64,000 nt of DNA from Chrysomallon squamiferum (lineage: Eukaryota; Animalia; Mollusca): positions 12,772,001 through 12,836,000 of the forward strand of contig CM022674.1 of NCBI GenBank assembly GCA_012295275.1, written 5' to 3'. The notes under the pieces are model-generated. The model was given only the letters and a program-made list of their open reading frames with translations. It was not told the origin of the DNA and did no database searches. This document shows positions 40,096-56,093 of this stretch, piece by piece. A program made the translations under genes and the position numbers. Positions within the stretch are counted from its first letter, which is position 1. Every line of letters begins with the position of its first letter.

Positions 40096-43000
40096 GTCTC
40101 CGCTGTTTACATTATTTATTACAACAACCTTTCAAACAAACAAGTTCCATTTAAACTGACCAATAATTAAAAAAAATACTATAATGACGATGATGATGAT
40201 GATGTATTCGAAAAGGCACTGAAAAAACAAAAATAATGACGATTTGAAAATTTGAACAAGAAGAAACTGAGGTTATGAAAATTTGAAAAAGTGAAACAGT
40301 ACAGATTACAGGAGAAATAAATTATGTGGTTTAAAAAATTCAGGATTGAAGTTTAGATCATGATGCGAATTTTCTGTGACTTATGGGATTATTTCCAGTG
40401 GCTGAAAGGGAGAAGAAGTGGGATAATTTCAAATGGACATTAGGAAAATTAGAATGAGGATTTGTATCTTTTTCTGGATTATAATCAGATCATCTTCTTC
40501 ACCATTTACTTGGTTTATTTTACATTCATGAAGAACACAGCTCTGAATCTCAGACACAACATTCTACTACCGGCAATATTATTATTATTAATTTTTTCTT
40601 ATTCTATAGTGCATATATTCTGGAACAGGAAAGAAAAAATTAAAGTGTTTTTTTCCACAAAACAAAAATACTCAACAGCTTGTCAATGGATCCATTACAT
40701 TTTCTGTAACAAAATAATTAATTTTGAGAAATACAACTAAAAAATAAGAAAACAACAACAAAACGTCACTGAATTTGATGAAATTCAATAGGAAAATGTT
40801 TATCATTTGATTCCAGTTGGATGGTCAGCCATTTGAAATGTACTTGCACCATGAAAGATCAGTTCTGGTTGCTAAGGAGATCTAGACAATGGTTACCAGA
40901 GTGATTTAAATTTGTTGATATGTATTAAAGTCTTTGGCAAGACAGTCTGATGCATGATTCTGTGGGAATAAACTGGAACCAGAAATTGGTGAAATAACAA
41001 AAAAATGTGTTTGAAATGTCTTCTGCTGAAGAAAAACATTAAAAAATTAAAAATAAAATAAAATGTGGGGAGAGATCAGTTACATAAATGTGAAAGGACA
41101 CCTGTCAATACTTTTTTTTTTTTTTTTTTTTCAAACTGTTCAATGAGATTTCTGTTATCAGTTTTTTTTTATAAGTGAGTGACTGAAAGATATACATTTT
41201 TTAAACTTTTTAAACTGTGGTTCGTGACCAGTTTTCAAATTTGTGGAATGTATGCAAAAACATGTGTTGAAAATCAGTATTGTAGGAATTTCAGACTGTT
41301 GTCTGAGATCTTTTTCAAAATGGTGAGCAAATCATAAAGACAAGTGACAGAATTAAAATGATGGTGCAGTGATGTGGCGGCGATATGGTTCAGGTATAAC
41401 CTGTAAATATTCTAGCACAATCTATATAGGGGTAGGATGACCTATAATTGGTTCAGGACAATCTGTATTTGGTCTAGGACCTTCAGTAAATGGGCTAGAA
41501 TGACCTTAAAACAAGGACAGCCTGTGAATGGTCCAGAACAAATTATAAAAGGAGTAAGACAGATACTTTCATTTTTAATGTTGATTTTTTTTCTGGTGAT
41601 TAGAAATATCAATCTCGGATAAAATTCCGGAACTGGAGAAAACTTTTAAATTGTGTGTTCATCATCAGAATTAATAACATAATCAAACTGGTGTAGGAAT
41701 TATGCAAATCATATTTGTTTTTGTGTTTTTTTTAATTATTTTTATTTTTTTTAATTTTGTTTTTATTTCTTATTAATTTTTACTTTTTATACTTTAATTT
41801 ATTACTTCGTTTTAGGTGGTATTGTAATAAACTGGTTTTAAACTTTAGTGTAAATTCTTCTATATGATAGAACAACAAACACTTTGTATTATAATTATTT
41901 AAAATTCTCACAGACATATTCAACTCAGAGTGTATAAAGTTTATAAAGGCAGCCAAGGGTTAAATTCCTTGAATTCTAATTGATTCAAAATTGACTCAGA
42001 ATCACCGAGTTTAAATTGATTCATACTCTGTCAAATCTGACTTCCAAATTATGGTAAAAATTGACCCAAAAACTGATTTGAAATCACCAAGTCAAATTTG
42101 ACTAGAGTTCAGAACAAAAACCCAGATACTGGCAATAGACACAAATGTGATGATTAATGACCCATTCACACACATTTAATGTATATATATATATATACAT
42201 CTTCAGTATCAATTTTGAGCATTATATATTAAAAATACAAATCAGAACTGTATATGGATTGAATAATTCAGTAGTCTGTTAGATAAAAATATCTTTATAT
42301 GTATATATACATTACATTGGTTTTAGAAAAGGTAAATATGTATTATATAATTTAAAAATACAAACTGGAATTGTGTGGTTTATGAATAAAAAGCATCACC
42401 ACCTTTGTGAGTTTTTTGTTTTATCAAAATGATCAATTCACATACTGTTTATAGTAAAATTACATCTTATGTGTGCAGCCTGAGTATTACAAAAAAATGA
42501 TAAAAAGCACTCTTGATGTGGAATATGTATAAATCCTGCAATGTGGATTTGGGTTCCATATTAATCTTTCTTTCATTTTTTTTTTTTTTTTTTACATCGG
42601 CATTGTAAATAGGTTTGTAAGCTTAGTAATAACCAAAGATTTGTTTCAGCAAATCTATAAACAAACAATATCATGTATATGTATGTATATAAAAAGTGTT
42701 TGTAATATTTGTAAATTTTAATAACTTTTTCATCTGTGTGTCTATGTGCATATTTACTATATACATATATATACATATATATAGATATATATATATAGAT
42801 ATATATATATATCTATATATATATATATAGATATATATATGAATGTTGTTGTGATTTTTGTCTTCAATGTCCAGTGAAACTGAGGCTAACAAAATAATAA
42901 TTTTATGTTTTTTTTAAATTTTTTTATTTCTTATTTCCTATTTTTATTTCAGTGTGTATTTATATATTTATAACACAGTTTGTGAATTAATCAAGTTCTT

Positions 43001-43340
43001 CTTCTTTTTGACATTGCAGTTCAGGTATAAATCTGATTCACTTACAAACAATTAGTAATAAAACATTTACATGTCAATAACGTTCATGTTAATTTATAAT
43101 TCTTAAAAGAAGCAGATTCCAAAAGAATTAACAAAGGGAGACAATGCAGCTACTTTTTTCTTCTTTTTTTCTCTTTTTTTCCACATTGTATTTTCTTTAC
43201 TCTTATGTCTTCATGTAAGCAACAAAACAAATATATATATTTTTTTATTAATTTATGTTTCTCAAATATTTATCTAATACAGTTTTAGATGTCAGTTTTA
43301 TAAATAAATAAATATTTGATCAAATAATAATAATAATAAT

Positions 43341-43371
<31 letters not shown>

Positions 43372-44252
43372 GTATCCAGAATAACAGTGATGATTACAAA
43401 AGCTTAAAAATTAAGTTGTTTGACACATCTGAATTGAAAAATAATAAAATTATGAAAAGGAATAAAAGCAGTAAAAACAAAAAGTTTAAACAAAAATATG
43501 AAGTGAAAAGTCAATGTAAAAACTTAGCATTCTACTGCATTTTCATATCACACATCCTTGATATATTAAATAAATTGTTGTTATTTTTATTTTTTTAGGT
43601 TTGTTTTTCTTTGGTTTTAAGTATTTATAAATTAATGTTTGACAAACATTTGAAATTAATCAGTGTGCATTTAAAAATAGTTATTATTTTCAAAATTTTG
43701 AAAATCATATCTTTATGATGGTAATTTAATCATTTAATTTAAATACTTTATTAAAAAAAAATAGTTGTTATAAAACTTGTGTTTCATTGAAAAGTTTTTG
43801 ACAGGATAATGTTTGTTTTTGATTTTTTTTAAATCTATTTTTTATTTTTTATTTATATTTATTTATATATTTGTTTACTTATTATCTACAGAACATTTTT
43901 GAATTAAAGACTTACAAAAGAATTAAACATTTTGTCCAAGTTTACAAAGTTGCATTTTGAACATGATTTACATGCAATGATTAGTCATACTATACAGTAT
44001 ACACCAAGAACAAAATTTATAATTTAAAAATAAATTAAAATATCAGTATTTGTTTATCTTCATAATATGAACAGTATAACAAATACTTTAAAATCAATAT
44101 AATTAATCCCATGTCATGAAAATATTATTTTTAAAAACGTTTGGGGCTTAATTATTATTATTATTTTTTTTTTAAATATATAAGTAAATAAACTTTAATC
44201 ATGTATATTAAAATTACTCTGTATATAAATCTTTTAAGTGTGAAACATTTTA

Positions 44253-44283
<31 letters not shown>

Positions 44284-45120
44284 TTTATTTATCTTTATTT
44301 ATTTTTATTTTTATTTTTTTTATGTAAATGAAATCATAGGAATTCAAATATTGCAGTGTCTTTGTGTTGCACTAACAACAATTTAGAAAGAAAAATAACC
44401 CCCATTTTTTTTTCTTCAATCATTTGTACTAATTAACAACATTGTAATAATAATTTTATACTAAAATCATGCCTGTAAAAATACCTGAAAGGTATTTGGT
44501 TCTTTATCTGAATTCTGCATACCTGTAATTTTATCCAGGTGTATTAAACTATCAGTTAATTGTTCTAACACCTTACACTTGTCATATTTGCTAAGTATAC
44601 TAATCCTAGAAATTATTACTAATCTTCATACAATTGACATTTGTTTCCTACCCATTAACAGTAATAAATTATTATTACCTAAATAAAGAAAAACATTTCA
44701 GACAGTAATAATTTTCTTCAGGTGCTTGAAGGTAACAGGAGTATCATCAAGGTGATAATTTAATAACAAATTTCACTCACCTGTTTTATTTGCCAGGTAA
44801 CTAAAATTCATACACCTTGACCATGGTCACTGATGAGATGACCAATGTTGCTGTGGTCGCTGTTGTAACGGTCAGTGTATTGCAGAGTATCACATGTCTG
44901 TGTTTTTTTTTATCATGTACATTTGATTTTACTTATTGTCAGTCACTTTTCATGTACAGAAATGTTTTTTTTTTTTTTCTTTCTTCTTAATATTGTGGAT
45001 GTTGGGATGTATGTCTCGACACAGTGATGATGTAGTATTTATGTGAGACGTTGTATACGTCATGTATTGGTCTCACTTGCCAAACCTTCATTCATTAAAC
45101 TTCTGGTCTTGAACAAATCT
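40096..45120 (+). other. RERE: Probable long (~5 kb) RERE 3' UTR ending at ATTAAA 45094-45099
   Basis: ATTAAA is followed ~20 nt later by a GT/T-rich tract (tgttttgtttttg) and coincides with the end of CpG-poor sequence. Other AATAAA hexamers exist, so the end is uncertain. Confidence 0.45.
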
Positions 45121-45621
45121 TGTTTTGTTTTTGTTTATTATTGTTGTTTTGTAAGTAATGTGTAGTCTGATGAATTATTTGCGCTGACTGTCGTATTTTT
45201 ACTTTTATTTCATTCATCTTTTCTTCATTTCATTCTTTTCTTTCTTTGATTTTTAAAAAAATGTTCAATGGTTAGTTAGGTATTATTATTATCATCACCC
45301 TCATCAATATCATCATCATTATTATTATTATCTCTAAGAGTAATAATAACTGTTAGTGAAAATATATTTTTTGTAAAAGAGATATATTTAAATAATTCAT
45401 CTTATTATTATACACAAATAATAAATTTAAATACCGTTAAATACAGAGGAAATCAGTTGAAATGAAAAAAGAACTATTCGACATTATTATTTTTTTTTTC
45501 CGGAAATGGAAGATAATTTTGCAAAACTATCTATTCCTGTATGGATTACTTCCCTTTAAAGGATTTTTTGTCTTCGTATGTGTTTGTCTTTTTTGAACAC
45601 ACACCAAAAAGATATCTTGTT

Positions 45622-45656
<35 letters not shown>

Positions 45657-46004
45657 TTATTTTGAATAAGTAGCTGCAATAATTTTTCTTCAAACTTGCA
45701 CTGTCTTCTGGGTTTTTGATCTATGAAGAATAAAATAACGAAAGTTTATATTTCTTCTTTTTTTTTAAATTATTTTTTCTATTATAATAATTTGTTGATT
45801 TTTTTTTTTTGCTTTGCTTTTATCTTACCCTTAAAAGTGTATCAGTGTTTGTCGAATTATGCGTAGTTCAAAGGCAGAAACAAGCCAGAAGCAGAAAAAG
45901 AAGATGGATATTACTTTACAAATATTAATAATAAAAATAAAAACAACAAAAAAAAAGACATGAAAAAATAGAGATATTATTTTACAAATAATAATAATAA
46001 AAGG

Positions 46005-46069
<65 letters not shown>

Positions 46070-46284
46070 AAGTAAAGGAGAACAAGATTCTAATAATTTA
46101 TTTTATTATCACATTTATTTTATTATCAAAGATTGTTATTAAAAAAAAAAAAAAAAAAAAAACAGAATTAGGAGCGAGGCATCTTTTATTTGCAAATTTG
46201 CATAGGCATGAAATCACAAAAACGGTCTTTTATAAACCAAATCCTAATTCAGTACTGTAACCTTTTGGAAACAAGTGGGGGATT

Positions 46285-46315
<31 letters not shown>

Positions 46316-47055
46316 TAAAATGGCAGGAAAAAATCTCTGCGGGGAAAAAAAAAAAGAAAAACGATTCTAAAAACGATTCTAAAAACCGAATAATTCTTTT
46401 CTGATATCCCAGAGAAACGCCACGATAAAAAGTCACTTTAACAATAATTTTAAATTTAACATTTTTTCATCCTTTCTCTTTTCACCGTCTGAACGACAAG
46501 ACATATTTCCAATTTGTCAAGCCGAGCAGCCGACTGAAGCAAAACCATCTCCATCTCTCTACAGGCCAAAATGGCGACGGGTAATCAAAAAGAAAATTGC
46601 CTGTTGTAAGGAACGTTCTCCGATGTCCTTCCAGAGGGGACGTAAAATATTTAGCCTCGTAATCTGTTCGCCATTCGTCGAAGATTCGATTGCTCGATCT
46701 TAACTCATCCATACACAAAATGCTTCCACTTTGTTAGTAATGGGCAACCCAGAGCAATTCCAGAACACATTAAAGTCTTGTTTATTTCGCTTCTTCTACA
46801 TGATGCTCTTCCTCTGGGAGGAAAGTAATAATCTACAAACAACCGATGCATTATGGTCTTGATTACCATTGGCAAGATTAGCTTGCGACTGTTACTTATT
46901 GATTCATTATCGTCCAGGGTGACAGAGATACTGGGGGTGAAATAATGGTCATAATACTTAATAGAAATTCCAGCCAGAAAGATTAAAGTGTTAGTAAATT
47001 TAGTAGAGAAACGACTTTGGCTTTTAGTTTCTTTATTCAGGTTTAAAAGAGAAAA

Positions 47056-47160
<105 letters not shown>

Positions 47161-48277
47161 ACAGTCTCCTTCCTTTTCACCATACAATTATATTACCGAT
47201 CTAATTTATCAGACGATCATCTTTTGATGTTATTTTTTTTGTTTCTAATTAAAGATTTTAATACATTTTTTTTCTCTCTCTCTCTCTTTCTCGCCCACAT
47301 CATTTTCGGTTTGATTGTGCAGTTTGTTCGTTCGGATAATTTTATTTTCAAGAAATCTCGACATTCCATTGATTTTAGATTGCCAAGAAATCTAATTTTG
47401 CTGAACCAATCTTGCATTAAAATTCAATATACAACCTGAATTGCGATTGGACAGTTCTTTTTGTCATTTTAACAACAGAAATGATTTAACATAAGTTTTT
47501 TTTCTTTCTTTCCTCTTCTTTCTGGTTTTGAAAAAGGAAAAACTGGAATTTAGAAGGAAGCAAATAATAGAAAGACGAATAGAAAGGAAGAGTAAATAAT
47601 GATTTAAGAGTCTTACGAATTTTAGGAGCAAAGAAAAAAATAAATAAAAAATTAAATTAAATAAAATAAAATTTTTAAAAAAGTAAGAAAGAAAAGAAAA
47701 AAACAGCAGAATGCGATGGTGTGCTTTAAGCAGAGAATAAAGCAAGAAAAGAAAATCTTTTATATCACCTACGATTAGACAATGACAACAACTACAACAG
47801 CAAATACAACATCAACAACTAATATAAAGAAATAAAAACAATGGAAGTCTCTTAGAATTATAATATTATATCCAAAAATCATATTGATACATATGAAAAT
47901 ACTCCCTAATTCACACAGTCCTTGAAAACATTATACTATTTATTTAAAGATGTTGTATGTTACATTGCCATAATACGAGGTAAGCTGGATACTAATACAC
48001 AGTTAATAATTACTGAATAAATAAAATAAAATCGCCTAAATAAAATAAAATAAAATAAGACAGATAAATAAAATAAAATAAAATAAAATAAATAAATAGA
48101 ATAATATAAAATAAATAAATAGAATAATATAAAATAAAACAATGAAAATAAAAACTACAAACAAATACAATGATAAATCAAATCATACCAAACCAAGTAA
48201 ACGAAAGTAAATTAATAAAATAGAATAAATAAAATAAAATGACCCTAAAACTAATAGTTAAAAAAAAAAAAAAACAC

Positions 48278-48353
48278 TGCGACGTCAGATCACGTGATCC
48301 GGTCTAAAAATGGCAGACAACTGTGATTTTCGAACATTTCATTTGATGTAAGT
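48278..48353 (+). promoter_or_regulatory. Candidate promoter: CRE-like site, palindromic E-box, YY1-like AAAATGGC, downstream GTAAGT
   Basis: cgacgtcag, GATCACGTGATC 48288-48299, aaaatggcag near 48307, AT|gtaagt at 48348. Confidence 0.35.
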
Positions 48354-49163
48354 TTTCGTAACTCAAGCGGTCATACGGTCCAGTCACCTGAACTAAAGGG
48401 AATTTTGGAAGATGTTTTATCAATTTTTATTATCAACAAGTGGCTAATACTCGAGATTCATGGAATTTTCTTTGAAAACAGCGCACCGACTACGATCTCA
48501 ATTATATTACCGTAATGGATTTAATAAGTAAGTCAAGATAATTTCATTCGTAACTATTCTTGGTTTCGTATTTCTAATTAAAGAATATTAAATAATGCTT
48601 ATACATTTAGTGAATCGAAATCTTACTGCTTATTAGGCTCCAGACTTAAAGATAATGATAATCATGATGATGATGATGATGATTATAATCCTGCCGATGT
48701 TATTGTGGATGATTTACTAACAAGTATGTCAAAATAATCACATTTTTAATTTACATTTCTAGTCATAGATACTGGCTAGGTTTGAAAGACGCAGTTTACT
48801 TGGAACAAAGATTCCAAAAATGGTCATATCGTACATTTGAACTTATACTAATGAATCTTTTATATATAAGATTCTTTTAAATTTTAAATGTTTTTTTTTT
48901 AATTATGAACATTTATTTCAGTAACCGAAGAAAATATAAATAGATAATAATAAAACAAAACAAAACATAACATTTATTACAGATAAAAATTAAAATTTGT
49001 AATTTAAAACCTAAACTGTAAAAGTATTTTCAAAGCATTCGCCTGAAATGTACGTCAGTGATTGTTACAACGAACATTTCAGCCCAGGCTGGGGGACGAG
49101 AACCCTGCTTTGAACCAGCCCACCTGAAAAAAAAAGAATGAGAAAAGATTACAAATAGAATTG

Positions 49164-50222
<1,059 letters not shown>

Positions 50223-50234
50223 TGGCATGTAACC

Positions 50235-50495
50235 AACTGCCCTGCGGCCCGACTGCCCTGTCAACTAACTGCCCTGCGGCCCGACTGCCCCACCCCCAAA
50301 CTGCCCTGCGGCCCGACTGCCCTGTCACCTAACTGCCCTGCGGCCCGACTGCCCCACCCCCAAACTGCCCTGCGGCCCGACTGCCCTGTCAACTAACTGC
50401 CCTGCGGCCCGACTGCCCTGTCAACTAACTGCCCTGCGGCCCGACTGCCCCACCCCCAAACTGCCCTGCGGCCCGGCTGCCCTACCACTGCCCGG
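50235..50495. repeat. GC-rich 32-bp minisatellite (aactgccctgcggcccgactgccc + tgtcaact/caccccca), 8 copies
   Basis: Period 32 from 50235; two tail variants. Confidence 0.95.
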
Positions 50496-50750
50496 CTCAG
50501 CTAAACCATCTGTTTTTGCTAACACTATTTTTTATACTATTTTGTGGTGTTTGTTGTGATAATGGTAGTAACAGGAATTCGGTATTGAACAGTTGGAAAA
50601 TAATTTCAAAAATGTAATATATTAGATAGAAGTACTTACCAATCGAAAATTCAAGTAACTAACTTGAAATTAAAAATAAGCATGCACATCTTGTCGAAAA
50701 TTAACAAATTATTTAGTAACGGATTAGCAAACAGCACAATAAATAAATAA

Positions 50751-50784
<34 letters not shown>

Positions 50785-51674
50785 AATAAATAAATAAATA
50801 AATAAAAACAATTGATTTCAAGGAATGGAGAAATAAATGTAATTTATTTATTATTGTTATTGTTATTGATGTTGTTGTTGTTGTCGTCGTCGTTGTTGTT
50901 GTTGTTATTAAATAGTTAAACGAGGCATTTTAATACAATATTTCTTACCAGATGAATATCCAGATTTATGAGTCAAAATGAAAACACCACATCCTGTACA
51001 AAACATACGATTATCAGATCAGAAAAAAAAGTTATGTTATTATAATATATATATATATATAAATATTCAGTCTTCCAGTCTTAATATATTAATAAAAAAA
51101 AAAATTACTAGAAAGGAAGCAATATAAACGAGCAAATAAAATGTTCAGTCTTGACACGATCATTTGTAACGAGTATGACGTCATAATAATCGCTGAATTT
51201 GAACTGTACGATGGAAAACAACGTAAATGCATGGTCTTCGTGGTGGTTACAATAAAAACTACATCAACAACTACTACTACCACTACCACTTCTACTACTA
51301 CTATTACTACCACTACTACTATACTACTCAAATACTATTGATTTTGCTGTTGCTAAGCAGTTATGTTCGCCCCATTCATATCCATTTATAAGAAAGATGA
51401 ATCTAAAGAGATTAAACTGTATTTGTAAATCATATTATTAAAATTCTGACTATTAAACATTAATTAAATAATAATCTTGATTTTAATCATTAATTTTTCT
51501 TATATAAATAAATTTGAACTTACTATTTTCTCTTTTTAAACAGAAAGAGAAAGGTTGTGCGAAGGAAATCTTGAAAGGTATGATGAACGTTAGTGACAGT
51601 CGTGACGTCATAACAGTTACTACGAAACACTCGGAGAGTAACGGGTATCTAAGAAAGAATAAACGATATTTACA

Positions 51675-51720
<46 letters not shown>

Positions 51721-51846
51721 TAAAAATTAAATTGATTTATTATTATTATTGTTCATCAGTTTCTTCTTCTTCTTCTCCTTATTATTATTTTAGATGACTA
51801 AACGTTTTCTTTCTTTAATTTTTCCTTCCTTCCGTTATTTTTTCTT

Positions 51847-51910
<64 letters not shown>

Positions 51911-52855
51911 ATTTCTTCTTCTTCTTATTATTATTAGTATCTATACGATAAAATCTGTCTACAATTTTATGTACGCTATTATGGTACAACATAAAATAAG
52001 TATTAAGACGGAAGTTACGGCGGTGGAAATTTCTACGCAGCAGACGACTTGAAGAAGATGCTCATTAAACACATCTAGGTGATCGAGACTTCTCGAAGGT
52101 TTGGGCTAAAATCCGACATCAAAGCGATTGGTAACAGAATTTTTTTGTTTATGTCGTGCGCGGACAAGCAATAATCAATGTCGAGTTATCGATTGTGGAA
52201 ATTAAACCAATTACTCTTCATTTGTTCTCCAGTGTTCGTGCGCTCGCTGTGATGGTTTTTATTAAAACGTTATAGTCAGCTGATATCGCCAGTATATTGG
52301 ACGCGGATAATTAATTTAGGACGTCCATTGAAGACTTACAACATCTTTCGATGGCTGTCCTTTTTATTGCACATTATTAAATGTTTGAAGATAAAACTCG
52401 TTTTCGTTTGACCCACAGTGAGTCATGAACTCCACAGCGATGATATTACATGAATAATAATTTAAAAAAAAAGTTAAAAGAAATGTCGATAATAAAATCT
52501 CATGAAAAAAAGAATAATCTACTTTTAATTTTATTTATTAGTGATGGATTTGTGCTTTCAGATTTTTATAAATTGCTGTTTGTTTTAATAGCGGGATTCT
52601 GCGCTTTTATGGAAATGAGTTCAGATGAAAAGGTCTGGTGAAACTCATGTGTCGAAATAATTACGATTTGAAATATTCCTCAGCGGTGCGAATGCGTGGT
52701 CTGCAAATATTTTTAATAGATTTAAATGTTAATTTCACTATAAACGTATGAAGTAGGAGGTTTTAAAAAAAAAACACAGTTTCCTTTTTTTAATTTAGTT
52801 TTATTCTTTTCTTAATTCCAGCTGAAACTGAGATCAATGAATATAGCTTGAGGGG

Positions 52856-53212
<357 letters not shown>

Positions 53213-53994
53213 AAACGCTCCTGTCACGTGATGGGTTTAACACTAATAATCACAAACACTAACGTTTTTAATTAACGGCTCTCGTATCATCATCTGATCT
53301 CAACCCCTCCTCTCTGCTGCCGGGCATTGTTAAAACCAAGAAAGTAGCAAAATACGATCTCTTCCCATTTGTCGAGAAAGAAAAGGCAAAATGCATATTA
53401 GTCGCATTTACTTCGCCACGGCGCCCCAGGCGAATTCAGCAGTAAGAAAAGAACTCATTAAGATGCAATTTCTTTGCAAATTATGTCATTTTTTTTCTTT
53501 TCCATTCAAGCGACTAGCTTTCTGCATCTAGTCTCAATTTGCTTAGAGAAGAAAATGATTTGCCAAGAAACCGAACTCATTTTGCGTTTAATAATGGCCG
53601 CTGTTAGACTGTTATTACAGCGCTCAGACAGTTTTTGTTACCTTTGTTCCGCTTCATTGTGTTTCTGTGCAGTGGGGACTTTTCCTAATTACGTCATAAT
53701 AAAAGACGAGAAACTAATTTAAATCCACTTTCTGTCTTCTTTTCTTTTCTTTTTATTTCATATTTCTTTCCTTCTTTCTTTCTTTCTTTCTTTCTTCGTA
53801 TTTCTTTCCTTTTGCACCCGACGTGAAAGGCAGATGATGAAAAAGTTGGTTTGAATTTTGTTCGTCATTCTTCTAAACCCACCAATTTGTTTGTTCTTTG
53901 AATTTGTATTTGATTTAAAACAGGGAAAATAGTAGAAGATGATAAAAAAATAAATGAAACATGAAAGAAAGAAAATTGAGTAAAGTAAGACGTA

Positions 53995-54545
53995 GTGGCA
54001 GTAGTAGTAATTATTGTAATAATAGCAGTAACGGTAGTTTTAGTAATAGTAGCAATAGTAATAGCAGTAACGGAAGTAGTAGCGTAGTAGTAGTAGTAGT
54101 AGTTATTGTAGAAATAGCATAATTGTAGTAGTAATATTAGTAGTAGTAGTGGTAGTATCAGTACTAGTAGTTATTGTATCAATAGTAGTAGTTATTTTAG
54201 CAGTAGCAGTAGCAGTAGTGGTAGTATCAGTAGTAGTAGTTATTGTAGCAGTAGCAGTAGTAGTAGTGGTAGTATAATTATAGTAATCCCATTAATAATA
54301 GCAATAGCAGTAACAGTAGCAGCAGATGTAACAGTAATAGTAAAATAATAATGATAGGAGTTGTAGTAGTAGTTGTAACAGCAGACGTAATAATGACATA
54401 TATAGCAGCAGTAGTAATAGTAGTGGTAATAATAATAATGATAGACGTAGTACTAGTAACAGATTGTAATAGTAGTAGTAGAGGTAGTAGTATTTGCTGT
54501 TGTCGTGGTGGTGGTGATGGTGGTTATTATTCAGATGATAATACC
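53995..54545. repeat. Degenerate (TAG/TAA/CAG)n low-complexity tract
   Basis: Directly visible. Confidence 0.9.
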
Positions 54546-55213
54546 TATGCAATAAAAAAAAAATCTCATTCAAACGGTAAACTGACTGTCAGCAAGAAAT
54601 TCCCACTGTCACGTCTAGATTTAATTATTTTGTCTGTATCTTAACGCGATTTTTCTGAGCTGGAATCCGTGGCAATATTCTGATGATTTAAAACCACAGA
54701 CTTAACGCGTCAGACGTAGACAAAGCAGCGACTGCGACTCGAAACGCGCACTGACAATAGAAACGTCCGTAATCGTCTTATCGTATAAAACAGCTTGTTG
54801 GCAGACATGTTGTGTTTCGAGGAGGACTGCCACTCACCGCGTGACGTCAGGACGTCACGTGATGCACTTACATCAAAATTAATCTGCTTTTGAACCGGCG
54901 AGAGAGAGTCGTACAGATAATTGAGTTTGGAGAGCGTTAATATTGTTCAGGTGTGCACTGATGTTAAAAGGTGCTTAGATTAATCTTCTTTTTATAATAA
55001 AGACATATTTTTTTTTAATTTTTTTTTTTTACTGTGGCGCGTCTGCTATTATAGATATGACGTAATAGAATAGGGAAGTCGGCAGGTTTTTCAGTCGTTT
55101 CGTATGTAAATACGTCAGAGTCTGAGTAAATAGGGGTGAATAAGTGTTAGTAAATTAACAGCATGAATAAATATACGTCTATACAAACACGACAACAAAA
55201 AGTAGACCCGTAA

Positions 55214-55246
<33 letters not shown>

Positions 55247-55272
55247 CATCATCATAAAATTAATAATAGCAC

Positions 55273-55314
<42 letters not shown>

Positions 55315-55397
55315 TAATAATAATAATAATAATGCATGGTAGGTGTTGAGTTGTTTATTAATAATCAGTCAGTAACACAATACATTTTATTATTAGA

Positions 55398-55837
55398 TTA
55401 GTGACAAGAAATTTTCACTTTGTCTCGTTTTGTCCAAACTCTCACGAAGTTTTCAAAATACAGTTTACTATTCTGAATTTTACACGTAGCTATCAGCAGA
55501 TCAGCAATCTTAACCGGGTCGACGTACATGCGCAGTCGCCTGTCTGCTGATAGCGCATCGATAATGACGTCACTGGTCAAATAAGGCAGATCGTACACAT
55601 CCATGTTGTCAAATAGTTCCCTAAAAAAAAAGTCGTTTTTCGCTGATCCCGAAGACGCGGATACATTCCTCGTAGTTTATTTGCTTGTTAGAAACTGTCG
55701 TTAAAGCAAAAAGTAGTTTGGTGATGTCGACGTTGGCGATGAAGTCGAGTTTTGTAGCAGCGAATATCTCGTCTGCAGTAAGAAACCCGCTGTTGTCTTC
55801 ATCGATCAGTTTGAAATTTCTGCGTAATGCCATCTGT
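55398..55837 (-). CDS. Calmodulin-like EF-hand protein, coding exon 3 (QMALRRNFKLIDEDNSGFLTADEI...; frame break at T9 run 55623-55631)
   Basis: ttacag| acceptor, phase 2; EF loop DEDNSGFLTADE. As written it stops at TAG 55621-55623 (161 aa total). Removing one T continues into RELFDNMDVYDLPYLTSDVI...FENFVRVW..CH* (235 aa). Confidence 0.8.
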
Positions 55838-55965
55838 CTGTAATAAACAAACAAACAAACAGATTGGAAGATAGATGGATAGATACTTAGAAAGACAAAC
55901 ACATACACACACACACACGCGCCCATCTCCCATATATATGTGTATGTGTGTGTGTGTGTGTGTGT

Positions 55966-56093
<128 letters not shown>

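Noticed and set aside
39342-40159. Hydrophobic FIYL-rich ORFs resembling membrane proteins
   Set aside because: Microsatellite translations; only 40003-40095 is a real exon.
40096-45100. Pumilio-like TGTANATA and AU-rich elements in the 3' UTR
   Set aside because: Expected by chance at this AT content; needs conservation data.
55621-55664. Tiny intron explaining the EF-hand frame break (tttttttttag looks like an acceptor)
   Set aside because: The nearest donor-like GT (GTATCC) gives a 44-nt intron in the wrong phase; no convincing phase-2 donor seen.
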